Origin: Clostridia bacterium
Lineage (GTDB): Bacteria > Bacillota > Clostridia > Oscillospirales > CAG-272
Direction of reading: 5' to 3'
NCBI GenBank assembly: GCA_017517745.1
Contig: JAFWYJ010000010.1
Location: forward strand, 146 to 64,145
Length of the DNA: 64,000 bases
Shown here piece after piece: positions 9,993 through 18,514 of the stretch (position 1 is the first letter of the stretch; each line of letters begins with the position of its first letter). Under the pieces are notes generated by a model. It did not search any database, was not told the origin of the DNA, and worked only from the letters and a program-made list of their open reading frames with translations. Made by a program: the position numbers and the translations under genes.

Positions 9993-10580
9993 TCATTCTT
10001 CCGCCGTTTCTTGCACGGCATCGGGATCGCCTCCCGCCAAAAGCGTTTCAAAACATCGACTGTCGTCGATCTCCACTCGGACACCGTCAAAGTGCAAAAA
10101 GCGTTGTGTGGCGGCATTGGTATAAGAAGAAAGCGGACGGTCGAGCGCGTCGTCGGACTGCGCGCAGACCAAAATCTCGTCACCGTCAATGGCGCAGATG
10201 ATCAACGTGTGATACCAATCCCCCGTGCGGTTTGCAAGCTGAACCGCGTCTCCGATCTCGATCTCCTCACGTCCCACCTCACGCGCAAACGGCCCGATGC
10301 CGCCGTTGCGCGAGGCAAACGCGGGAGCTCCCGTCATGAAATCGTAAAAATACTCCACGCCGCTCCAAGCAGGGGCGCGGTCCTCGGGAGAAACGTAATA
10401 CCAACCGAAATCGGGCGTGTAATTCATGGTACAGCTTCCCGCCAACACGGCTTGCGAGACGAAATTGGTGCAATTTCCTCCCCGTCCCGTAAAATCGAAA
10501 AACAGCGGGTTGCGATCAAGCGCCCACTTTCGGGCATATTCCACCGCGCGTGCGCGGTTGTAGGGTTTGGTGATCAGCAT
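9993..10580 (-). CDS. putative amidase-domain protein (Amidase_6-like)
   Basis: YNRARAVEYARKWALDRNPLFFDF...NCTNFVSQAVLAG. RBS GGGAGGA. Confidence 0.7.
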   Translation of the reverse strand: MLITKPYNRARAVEYARKWALDRNPLFFDFTGRGGNCTNFVSQAVLAGSCTMNYTPDFGWYYVSPEDRAPAWSGVEYFYDFMTGAPAFASRNGGIGPFAREVGREEIEIGDAVQLANRTGDWYHTLIICAIDGDEILVCAQSDDALDRPLSSYTNAATQRFLHFDGVRVEIDDSRCFETLLAGGDPDAVQETAEE

Positions 10581-10628
10581 AGCGCATTCCTCCCATAATT
10601 GTTCTCATCAAAGTATATGCAAAAAAGC

Positions 10629-10658
10629 GGAGATGCGCACCGCTTGGCACACATCTCC
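10629..10658 (-). terminator. terminator of the carboxypeptidase gene
   Basis: On the minus strand: GGAGATG...CATCTCC followed by GCTTTTTTGC. Confidence 0.6.
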
Positions 10659-10678
10659 AAATCAATCCATTTTATAAA

Positions 10679-11800
10679 TTATGAAACATAGGTGTTGAGT
10701 AAATACTCGATATCCACCATGGTCTGTCGGAACTTCTCGGTGAGCGTAGTGGCAGTGCTCTCCCGATTGCCAAGCACCACGATATACTGCCGTCCGTCAC
10801 TCTTGCTCTTTGCCGTCAGTACCATAAAAGACTGGTCAGTATAGCCCGTCTTGGAAGCAACGAGCGTCGAGCTCGTCAGATTGAAGTCGGAATATTTCTC
10901 AACTCTGCTCTCCCATGAGGAGTCAAGAGTGACCTTGTAGGTCTTGTCCTGTCCATCCAACTCGTAGTGCGCGTAAATATTGTATGCCGTTTGTTTCGAA
11001 AGCACCTCGACGATCAGATCGCATTGCATCGCGTAGTTCATTATGACTGCCATATCGGCCGCAGTGGTTTGGTTTGTGGGACTGTCAAAGCCGACCGCAT
11101 TGTCAAAGCGCGTACCGGACAGATTCAGCTCCCGGGCCTTTTGATTCATCAGCTCAACGAATGCCTCCTCGGTCCCCGCGATCTCCTTGACGATCATATA
11201 GGTGCAATCGGCTGCCGATGCCACACCGATCCCGTAGAGCAGATCCTTGATGCGATAGGTATCTCCGAAGCAGCTGTAACCATTTGACTGCGTGGGAAGC
11301 GAAGGAGATGTACCGGCGTAACTTCCACTGGTGATGTATTGATAGATCCTCTCGTCGAACACGAGTCTGCGATCAAGATCCTCTTCAGTCAGATTCTCAC
11401 ACGCCACAATGAGCGTCATTACCTTTGTCATCGAAGCGGGAGAAAAGGCGATCGAGTAGTCCTTCCCCGCCAGAATTTCACCCGTTTGCGCGTCGATCAG
11501 GATCGCGAACTGCGAAGAAATTTCATTCGAGAGAACGACACTCTTTGCGGTTTCCGTCGGTGCGGAAGGCAGCATGCTCTCCGAAAACACGGGAGCCGTG
11601 GGTGCGGATTCCTGCCCCTCACCGGCATCCGTCGTCTCCTCCTCGGACGGCTCCGTGATCGGCGGCGCGGTACGTTTGAAGCTTCGCACCAAAACGACGG
11701 TGATCAACACCACTTCGAATATTAAAAAAAGAAGCAACCACCAAGCGAGGATCGACTCGGTGTTTCCTTTGTTTTTTTTCGTCTGTATTTCTCTTGCCAT
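10679..11800 (-). CDS. D-alanyl-D-alanine carboxypeptidase (S11 serine peptidase) with an N-terminal membrane anchor
   Basis: SxxK motif in SPASMTKVMTLIVA. N-terminal TM helix. Confidence 0.85.
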   Translation of the reverse strand: MAREIQTKKNKGNTESILAWWLLLFLIFEVVLITVVLVRSFKRTAPPITEPSEEETTDAGEGQESAPTAPVFSESMLPSAPTETAKSVVLSNEISSQFAILIDAQTGEILAGKDYSIAFSPASMTKVMTLIVACENLTEEDLDRRLVFDERIYQYITSGSYAGTSPSLPTQSNGYSCFGDTYRIKDLLYGIGVASAADCTYMIVKEIAGTEEAFVELMNQKARELNLSGTRFDNAVGFDSPTNQTTAADMAVIMNYAMQCDLIVEVLSKQTAYNIYAHYELDGQDKTYKVTLDSSWESRVEKYSDFNLTSSTLVASKTGYTDQSFMVLTAKSKSDGRQYIVVLGNRESTATTLTEKFRQTMVDIEYLLNTYVS

Positions 11801-11939
11801 CCTTCGCGCCCCCTTTCATCCAAGCTTGTCGTGCAATGGTTTTCCTATATAAAAATTGTACCCGAAAACCCGCCGTCTGTCAAGTCGTTTCTTCAAAAAT
11901 ATTCTCAAAAAAATTTTTTTGTTTTTTTTCAAAAAGTTA

Positions 11940-11968
11940 TTGACATATGTCAGAAACTATGTTATAAT
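11940..11968 (+). promoter_or_regulatory. consensus promoter of the DUF134-rbr operon, with an overlapping 12-bp perfect palindrome
   Basis: TTGACA (11940-45), 17 nt, TATAAT (11963-68). TGACATATGTCA (11941-11952) overlaps the -35 box. Confidence 0.7.
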
Positions 11969-12035
11969 GTAAGTGTCAAAGGAGAACCGGCGCAAACCGC
12001 TCTCCGGCGGCAAAAAAACCGAAAGGCGGAATGAT

Positions 12036-12425
12036 ATGGCAAGACCCAAAAAAGAGCGTGTCATCTGTTCCACCCCACGGCATCGGCATTTTGCACCCAT
12101 CCACGAGGAGCCTCGCGAGACGGTCACGCTGGAAGCCGATGAATACGAGGTGCTTCGATTGCATGATCTTGAGCATTTGAGTCAGGCAGAGGTTGCAAAT
12201 CAGATGTTGGTGTCCCGCCCGACCGTCGCCATGCTGCTGCTGAGCGCGCATGAAAAGATTGCCGACGCGTTGGTCAACGGAAAGCCCGTCCGCATTGCGA
12301 TCGAATCCTGCAGTGTCTGTGAGATCGGCAGTTCCTGCCCTCCCGAAAAAAAGAACAGCTGCACCAAAAAGCACCGTTGCGCTGCCTCGTGCAGACGTGA
12401 ATGCGAAGGCTGCTCAACCAATTAA
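12036..12425 (+). CDS. DUF134 (UPF0251) putative DNA-binding protein with a Cys-rich C-terminal tail
   Basis: MARPKKERVICSTP...LEADEYEVLRLHDLEHLSQAEVANQMLVSRPTVAMLLLSAHEKIADAL, then CSVCEIGSSCPPEKKNSCTKKHRCAASCRRECEGC. The start was re-set to ATG 12036. Confidence 0.8.
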   Translation: MARPKKERVICSTPRHRHFAPIHEEPRETVTLEADEYEVLRLHDLEHLSQAEVANQMLVSRPTVAMLLLSAHEKIADALVNGKPVRIAIESCSVCEIGSSCPPEKKNSCTKKHRCAASCRRECEGCSTN

Positions 12426-12457
12426 AAAATTTTTTTATTTAAAGGAGATTACCACTT

Positions 12458-13009
12458 ATGAAAAAATGGAGATGCACAATTTGCGGAGAAATCGTAGAGT
12501 CCGACGTCCGTCCCGATCAATGCCCCCTCTGCAAGGCAGCGGGTGAAAAATTCGAAGAGATCGTTGAGAACGGCAAGATGAATTGGGCGACCGAGCACGT
12601 CGTCGGCATCGCGAAGGACGCTCCCGCTGAGATCATCGAGGGTCTGCGCGCAAACTTCCAGGGCGAATGCACCGAGGTCGGAATGTATCTGGCAATGTTC
12701 CGCGTTGCCGCAAGAGAGGGCTATCCCGAGATCGCGCTCTATTGGAAGGAAGCCGCTCTGGAGGAAGCAGAGCACGCGGCAAAGTTCGCTGAGCTGCTCG
12801 GCGAGTGTGTCTATGACAGCACCGAGAAGAACCTCACCGTTCGCGTAGAGGCGGAAAACGGCGCAACCGCAGGCAAGTTCGAGCTTGCAAAGATGGCAAA
12901 GCAGCTCAACCTCGACGCGATCCACGACACCGTTCACGAGATGGCAAAGGACGAGGCTCGCCACGGCAGAGCATTCGCAGGACTCCTCGAGAGATACTTC
13001 GGCAAATAA
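12458..13009 (+). CDS. rbr: reverse rubrerythrin (N-terminal rubredoxin-like domain, C-terminal diiron domain)
   Basis: [13 protein letters not shown]...CPLCKA, then the ExxH motifs EEAEHAAKF and [20 protein letters not shown]. Confidence 0.9.
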   Translation: MKKWRCTICGEIVESDVRPDQCPLCKAAGEKFEEIVENGKMNWATEHVVGIAKDAPAEIIEGLRANFQGECTEVGMYLAMFRVAAREGYPEIALYWKEAALEEAEHAAKFAELLGECVYDSTEKNLTVRVEAENGATAGKFELAKMAKQLNLDAIHDTVHEMAKDEARHGRAFAGLLERYFGK

Positions 13010-13010
13010 A
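12950..13010 (+). repeat. 61-bp exact direct repeat, copy 1 (native 3' end of rbr)
   Basis: Identical to 14759..14819 by base-by-base reading. Confidence 0.9.
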
Positions 13011-13026
13011 TTCTTAGTGAATTTGA

Positions 13027-13051
13027 GGGGAGCTTTTTGAAAAAGCTCCCC
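13027..13051. repeat. REP-like perfect palindrome, copy b
   Basis: GGGGAGCTTTTT-g-AAAAAGCTCCCC, 17 nt after the rbr stop. Confidence 0.8.
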
Positions 13052-13098
13052 TTGCTTTCTAAAAAATACAAATGAATCACTAATTAAGGAGGATTACT

Positions 13099-13608
13099 AT
13101 GAACGACAAGATCAAGACACTGCTGAATGAGCAGATCAACAAGGAGCTTTACAGCGCATATCTTTACGTTGACATTGCAAATCACTACGACGAGCTCGAT
13201 CTCGACGGCTACGCAAATTATTACATGATCCAGGCACAGGAGGAACGCGATCACGCCCTTCTGTTCTTGAAATATATGCAAAATAACGGCTGGAAGGTCA
13301 CCCTGGAAGCGATCGCCAAGCCCGATAAGACTTACGAAGGCATTCTGGCGCCCCTTGAGGTTGCCGCCGAGCACGAGCGTTACGTGACAAGCCTGATCAA
13401 CGCGATCTATCATGAGTGCTATGAGGCGAGAGATTACCGCACCATGAAGTTCCTTGACTGGTTTGTTGACGAGCAGATGGAGGAGGAGGATAACGCGGAT
13501 TCGATGATCAACCGCTACAAGCTCTTCGGAAGCGATCCCAAGGGTCTGTACGCCCTCGATCAGGAATACGCAGGTCGCGTTTATACCGCACCGAGCCTCG
13601 CTCTGTAA
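13099..13608 (+). CDS. ftnA: non-haem ferritin
   Basis: LLNEQINKELYSAYLYVDIANHY...QAQEERDHALLFLKYMQ. RBS AAGGAGG. Confidence 0.9.
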   Translation: MNDKIKTLLNEQINKELYSAYLYVDIANHYDELDLDGYANYYMIQAQEERDHALLFLKYMQNNGWKVTLEAIAKPDKTYEGILAPLEVAAEHERYVTSLINAIYHECYEARDYRTMKFLDWFVDEQMEEEDNADSMINRYKLFGSDPKGLYALDQEYAGRVYTAPSLAL

Positions 13609-13633
13609 ATTCTAAAAAAAGGAGAAAAAAACG

Positions 13634-13789
13634 ATGAAATACGTATGCCCCTGCGGCTATGAATACGATCCCGCCGTCGGCGATCCCGATAACGGCGTCG
13701 CTCCCGGCACGGCTTGGGAAGACGTCCCTGCGGACTGGGTTTGCCCCGTTTGCGGACTTGACAAGGACGCCTTCGAGGTAGAGGAATAA
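13634..13789 (+). CDS. rubredoxin (51 aa), first knuckle CPC instead of CxxC
   Basis: Below the track size cutoff. [60 protein letters not shown]. Confidence 0.85.
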   Translation: MKYVCPCGYEYDPAVGDPDNGVAPGTAWEDVPADWVCPVCGLDKDAFEVEE

Positions 13790-13804
13790 GTCAATAAAAA
13801 CTGA

Positions 13805-13830
13805 GAGAGCAGAGAAATCTGCTCTCTTTT
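13805..13830 (+). terminator. terminator after rubredoxin
   Basis: GAGAGCAGA-gaaa-TCTGCTCTC followed by TTTT. Confidence 0.75.
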
Positions 13831-13867
13831 GGTGGATGACTTTCCAGCCTTTTTAGAGAAAAAATTA

Positions 13868-13896
13868 TTGAAATCCTAAAAAAAATGTGCTATAAT
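13868..13896 (+). promoter_or_regulatory. promoter of the GNAT gene
   Basis: TTGAAA, 17 nt ending in TGC, TATAAT (extended -10). Confidence 0.65.
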
Positions 13897-13927
13897 AAAA
13901 TCAATATCACAAATTGAGAGGCTTTTT

Positions 13928-14410
13928 ATGAAACATACTGATTTTCCTCCGATCATCGATTGCCGTGACGAGCAAAAAATTATCGAATTTCTCAAAATCA
14001 TTGACAACACGCTCCCCGTTCCGCTTTCCGCACGCACCGATCTGACGAAATTCGTGCAGAAGAATCTGGCACGCGGACATATTCTGACCTTGCTTGACGG
14101 AGAAAACATTGCCGCCCTTGCCGTCTATTATCCTCGTTTTCGCTCCGAGGTCGATGCCTATTTTGACCTTCTTGCCACTGCTCCCGAACACGGTGGACGC
14201 GGCTATGGTTCAAGGCTAATGCAAGCAGCGGAGGACTCTGCACGCGCAGAGGGGATGGTGAGAATGCACCTGCACACCAATATCGAGAACGTCGTCGCGC
14301 ATACGATGTATAAAAAACGCGGCTACGAAATCGTCGAAACCGAACCCAAGCTCCATATGGTAAAAGAACTGTGCCCCGTCTGCGGCCTTGATAAGGTGGA
14401 GTTTGGATGA
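13928..14410 (+). CDS. GNAT-family N-acetyltransferase whose last ~12 codons look rubredoxin-derived
   Basis: Acetyl-CoA loop HGGRGYGSRLMQAAE. The C-terminus reads ...[14 protein letters not shown]. Confidence 0.75.
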   Translation: MKHTDFPPIIDCRDEQKIIEFLKIIDNTLPVPLSARTDLTKFVQKNLARGHILTLLDGENIAALAVYYPRFRSEVDAYFDLLATAPEHGGRGYGSRLMQAAEDSARAEGMVRMHLHTNIENVVAHTMYKKRGYEIVETEPKLHMVKELCPVCGLDKVEFG

Positions 14411-14675
14411 TACCGGATTGTTGACTATTTCTGGCGTGGGTGAAATGTATGATTACAATTATGATGCTCCATGGTACAATAGTCGCTCGGCAATTAAACG
14501 GGTTACTATCCAAGATGGAGTTACAAGCATAGGTAATATGGCATTTTACGGGTGTAATATGACTCACGTAGATATTCCTAATAGTGTAGTAAGGATTGGC
14601 GAAGCTGCATTCAATCAATGCATATACCTTGAAGAACTCGTGTTACCTAAGTTTTGTGGAGAGCTCCATTTTTAG
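14394..14675 (+). pseudogene. fragment of a BspA-type leucine-rich-repeat surface protein
   Basis: WSLDDTGLLTISGVGEMYDY...VTIQDGVTSIGNMAFYGC...IPNSVVRIGEAAFNQC. There is no credible start, signal peptide or C-terminus. The fragment is visibly AT-richer than its flanks. Confidence 0.7.
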
Positions 14676-14758
14676 CACCGTTTTCAATCATGTCGTAAAA
14701 GTTCACAACACCAAGAAATACAAGACCTTATTCATAAAAGCTCCCCCCCAATAACCGC

Positions 14759-14819
14759 GACGAGGCTCGCCACGGCAGAGCATTCGCAGGACTCCTCGAG
14801 AGATACTTCGGCAAATAAA
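14759..14819 (+). pseudogene. orphan 3' end of a rubrerythrin gene (61-bp direct repeat, copy 2)
   Basis: Encodes [19 protein letters not shown] with an in-frame stop 8 codons upstream. Identical to 12950..13010. Confidence 0.85.
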
Positions 14820-14836
14820 AAACGATACGCCATTTT

Positions 14837-14880
14837 GGGCTGTCTCAAATGCAATTTTGAGACAGCCCCTTTTCGTTTTC
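14837..14880 (+). terminator. strong terminator after the orphan rbr 3' end
   Basis: GGGCTGTCTCAAA-tgcaat-TTTGAGACAGCCC followed by CTTTTCGTTTTC. Confidence 0.8.
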
Positions 14881-15064
14881 CCAAACCAAAATCAACGGTC
14901 GCCCGCTCATCACATCGCCAGCACAGAAAAATTGCAAAGAAAAATCATAAAAAAACGCAGATTTTGTTGATTTATTCATTGCATTATGCTATACTATAAT
15001 AAACCAATTGCAAACATCTATAAGTTTCCCCCAGAAAAAATCTCAAAAAATTGGAGAGAGTCAA

Positions 15065-16426
15065 ATGAATTATGACGTCATTATTATCGGGGCCGGACCC
15101 GGTGGAATTTTCGCGGCATACGAGCTGATGCAAAAAAAGCCTACGCTGAAGGTGGCTGTTTTCGAGGCAGGACATATGCTGAATCAGCGCCACTGCCCCA
15201 TTGACGGCGACAAGATCAAAACCTGCATCGGCTGCAAGAGTTGCTCGATCATGAGTGGTTTCGGCGGTGCAGGGGCATTTTCCGACGGCAAATATAATAT
15301 CACCAACGACTTTGGCGGTGCTTTATACGAATATCTCGGAAAAAAGCAAGCCTTGGATTTGATGCACTACGTTGACAAAATCAATATGACTTACGGAGGA
15401 GAAGGTTGCAAGCTTTACAGCACTACGGGAACTCGCTTCAAAACGCTTTGCATTCAAAACGATCTCCATCTGCTGGATGCTTCCGTGCGCCATTTGGGAA
15501 CCGACATCAATTACGTCGTGCTGGAAAATCTCTACAATTTCTTGAAAGATAAAGTGGAATTCTTCTTTGACACGTTTGTCGATACGATCAAGATCATTCC
15601 GGGAGGTTATGCAATCAAATGCAAAGACGCCTCCTATTCTTGCGAAAAATGTATCGTTTCCGTCGGAAGAAGCGGCAGCAAGTGGATGGAACGTGTTTGC
15701 AAGGAGTTGGACATCCCGACCAAGTCCAACCGCGTGGATATCGGTGTTCGCGTGGAGCTTCCCGCAAGCGTGTTTGCTCATCTGACGGACGAGCTGTATG
15801 AAAGCAAGATCGTTTACCGCACCGAACAGTACGGCGACAAGGTCCGCACCTTCTGTATGAATCCCAGAGGTGCCGTTGTCAATGAAAATACCAACGGAAT
15901 CATTACGGTGAACGGACATAGCTATGAGGATCCCTCCAAGCAAACGGAAAACACCAACTTCGCGTTGCTGGTATCCCAGCATTTTTCGGAGCCCTTCAAG
16001 GATTCGAACGGATACGGCGAATCCATCGCAAGGCTCAGCAACATGCTGGGCGGCGGCGTGATCGTTCAGCGATTCGGGGATTTGATACGCGGGCGCCGTT
16101 CCACGCCCGGGCGCATAGAGGATGCCTTCATCACCCCCACGCTTCAAGCCACTCCCGGAGATCTCAGTCTGGTTCTTCCCAAACGCATTTTGGATGGAAT
16201 CATTGAAATGATATACGCGTTGGATAAGGTCGCGCCGGGCACTGCCAACGACGACACCCTGCTCTACGGTGTAGAGGTGAAATTCTATAACATGGAAGTC
16301 GAAGTAAACGAACGCTTGGAAAGTTGTTATCCGGGGCTTTACATAATCGGTGACGGCAGCGGCATCACACACTCGCTCTCTCACGCTTCCGCAAGCGGCG
16401 TTCACGTTGCAAGAAATATTGTGTAA
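15065..16426 (+). CDS. FAD-dependent oxidoreductase (COG2509-like)
   Basis: MNYDVIIIGAGPGGIFAAYEL (Rossmann GxGxxG). Promoter TTGATT-17-TATACT at 14967..14995. Confidence 0.8.
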   Translation: MNYDVIIIGAGPGGIFAAYELMQKKPTLKVAVFEAGHMLNQRHCPIDGDKIKTCIGCKSCSIMSGFGGAGAFSDGKYNITNDFGGALYEYLGKKQALDLMHYVDKINMTYGGEGCKLYSTTGTRFKTLCIQNDLHLLDASVRHLGTDINYVVLENLYNFLKDKVEFFFDTFVDTIKIIPGGYAIKCKDASYSCEKCIVSVGRSGSKWMERVCKELDIPTKSNRVDIGVRVELPASVFAHLTDELYESKIVYRTEQYGDKVRTFCMNPRGAVVNENTNGIITVNGHSYEDPSKQTENTNFALLVSQHFSEPFKDSNGYGESIARLSNMLGGGVIVQRFGDLIRGRRSTPGRIEDAFITPTLQATPGDLSLVLPKRILDGIIEMIYALDKVAPGTANDDTLLYGVEVKFYNMEVEVNERLESCYPGLYIIGDGSGITHSLSHASASGVHVARNIV

Positions 16427-16451
16427 TCAATTTTTGCTCAGGAGAATAGAC

Positions 16452-17042
16452 ATGAATTTTTTAGAAAAAAGAATACTGAAAGACGGGATTGTGAAATCGG
16501 GAAACGTTTTGAAGGTTGACAGCTTCCTGAATCATCAGATGGACATCACCCTGATCGAAGAGATCGCCCGTGAATTCAAGCGCAGATTCGACAAGAAGCC
16601 GATTTCCAAGGTGCTGACCATAGAAGCCTCAGGCATCGGAATCGCCGCCTTTGTCGCCAAAGAATTCGGCGTTCCGATGGTCTTTGCAAAAAAATCCAAG
16701 TCCATCAACGTGGACGGCGAAATGTACGTCGCGGAAGTAGTATCCTTTACGCACAAAAACAAAAATCAAATCATCGTTTCCAAAAAATTTCTGCAACAAG
16801 ATGAACACGTTTTAATCATCGACGACTTTCTCGCAAACGGCTGTGCGCTGCAAGGCCTGATCTCTATTGTTGAATCGGCGGGCGCCGTTGTAGATGGATG
16901 TGGAATCGTCATTGAAAAAGGATTTCAGTACGGCGGCCGCGCCATCAGAAACATGGGCTATCACGTTGAATCCTTGGCAATCGTGGATGCCATGGATTCC
17001 GAAACCGGCTCAATTACGTTCAGAGACCAAAAAAACGATTAA
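16452..17042 (+). CDS. xpt: xanthine phosphoribosyltransferase
   Basis: VLKVDSFLNHQMD...VLIIDDFLANGCA...GIVIEKGFQ. The start was re-set to ATG 16452 after GGAGAA. Confidence 0.9.
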   Translation: MNFLEKRILKDGIVKSGNVLKVDSFLNHQMDITLIEEIAREFKRRFDKKPISKVLTIEASGIGIAAFVAKEFGVPMVFAKKSKSINVDGEMYVAEVVSFTHKNKNQIIVSKKFLQQDEHVLIIDDFLANGCALQGLISIVESAGAVVDGCGIVIEKGFQYGGRAIRNMGYHVESLAIVDAMDSETGSITFRDQKND

Positions 17043-17067
17043 ACAGAAACACCACCGAGAACAGATC

Positions 17068-17096
17068 GCGGGGGAGCTTTTCAAAAGCTCCCCCGC
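17068..17096. repeat. REP-like perfect palindrome, copy c (between convergent xpt and PAP2)
   Basis: GCGGGGGAGCTTTT-c-AAAAGCTCCCCCGC. Confidence 0.8.
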
Positions 17097-17103
17097 TCCA
17101 TTT

Positions 17104-17763
17104 TTATGTTTGTTGACAAAATAGTCCTGCAAAACAGCGGTACAGTATGACCAGCCCCGCGCTCAGCAGCGCGCCGCCGATGATATCACTCACCCAATGC
17201 ACGCCCGAAATCAATCTGCCGATCACCATGAAGGCTGTGAAGGCAACAATGAGCGTGACGAGGCAACGGCGCAGAACGCCATTTTTGATACAATCACACA
17301 CCTGCATCGCGGCTGTCGGCATCACACACAGCGCAAGCATCGTTGTCGAGGAGGGATAGGAGATCTCCAAAACGCCGTTGATCAAAACCGGTCTGTAATT
17401 GACGGCAAACACCTCGAAAAAGAGATACGCCGCCATCACAACAACGTAAAATCCGCCAAGCACCCAAAGACTGCGGTCGACCTTCCGAAGACTGCTCCGT
17501 CGGATCCACTGCACAAGCCCCAGAATCGCGAACCCAAACGCGACGGCAAAGGGGACGAGTCCCAGCCAATCCGTGACGTTGTATAGCCACCAATGCACAC
17601 CCGTCGCATCATGCACCCACCCATTCAGGGTTGCAAAACCGACGCGTGATCCCCCCGGACCGATCGATTCAACGTCAACGGCGCAAATCAGCACCGTCCA
17701 CAAAACAAACGCCGCAAGCAACCCTGCGGCAACGTACCAATTTCTTCCCACGTTTTTTCTCAT
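17104..17763 (-). CDS. PAP2-family membrane phosphatase
   Basis: SYPSSTT ... SGVHWVSDIIGG motifs. ATG 17763 follows AAAGGAAGG. Confidence 0.8.
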   Translation of the reverse strand: MRKNVGRNWYVAAGLLAAFVLWTVLICAVDVESIGPGGSRVGFATLNGWVHDATGVHWWLYNVTDWLGLVPFAVAFGFAILGLVQWIRRSSLRKVDRSLWVLGGFYVVVMAAYLFFEVFAVNYRPVLINGVLEISYPSSTTMLALCVMPTAAMQVCDCIKNGVLRRCLVTLIVAFTAFMVIGRLISGVHWVSDIIGGALLSAGLVILYRCFAGLFCQQT

Positions 17764-17875
17764 TTTCAAGCACCTTCCTTTTTGTTTTTTGATTCGGCTT
17801 TCGCCAGAATCCATTTTAAGGGAAGACGCGAAAAAAAGCAAGAAACGAAGCGTTACAGCCGTGATACTTTCCGTA

Positions 17876-18481
17876 TCACGGCTGTTTGATCAGCGTCAGT
17901 GCCTTGATGATCCAAAGCATGAACAAAAACGCGGCAGCATACGGCTGAGAGCTGACGATGAAAAGCAACGCTCCCAGCGTATTCAAAAGAAGCGAAACGA
18001 GATTTTTGCACCGCAGCCACAGCGGGAAACGGCAATTTTGAAACGTCAGCGTCAGAAGCCCCCACGCGACGACGGCAATGACGGCAGCCAGATAAAATCC
18101 CCGCATCCAAGGCGCGCTCACGGACAAAGACAGCAGAGATACCGCGGAAACACCGTCTCCCACACGCTGTCCGAACAACGGCAGAAACAGAAAGCTCGCG
18201 ACACTCAAATCCAGCAATCCGAAGACCAGATCGCGCAGACGTCCTTCCTTTTGTCGGTGGTCCTCCTCGGCGATCCGCAGTACCGCGTCGGTGGAAAGAA
18301 GCTCGTCGACCGTCACGCCAAAGAAGACGGCGATCGCGCGCAAAGAGTCGATGCTCGGATATCCCCTGCCCGACTCCCACTTGGAGATCGCGGCGCGCGA
18401 CACGTAAAGCGTTGCGGCAAGCTCCTCTTGCGTCAGCCCCTTTTGTTTTCTCAATTCTTGTAATTTTTCATGAAATTCCAT
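17876..18481 (-). CDS. XRE-family HTH regulator fused to a multi-TM domain
   Basis: LRKQKGLTQEELAATLYVSRAAISKWESGRGYP, followed by about four hydrophobic helices. Confidence 0.8.
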   Translation of the reverse strand: MEFHEKLQELRKQKGLTQEELAATLYVSRAAISKWESGRGYPSIDSLRAIAVFFGVTVDELLSTDAVLRIAEEDHRQKEGRLRDLVFGLLDLSVASFLFLPLFGQRVGDGVSAVSLLSLSVSAPWMRGFYLAAVIAVVAWGLLTLTFQNCRFPLWLRCKNLVSLLLNTLGALLFIVSSQPYAAAFLFMLWIIKALTLIKQP

Positions 18482-18514
18482 AATAAACGCTCTTCTTTGT
18501 TTCCGTTCAACCGC

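Noticed and set aside
14881-15064. Possible purine riboswitch controlling the oxidoreductase-xpt pair
   Set aside because: The conserved purine-riboswitch junction sequences are absent. The region holds only a promoter and an RBS. The xpt gene follows the upstream gene by 25 nt.
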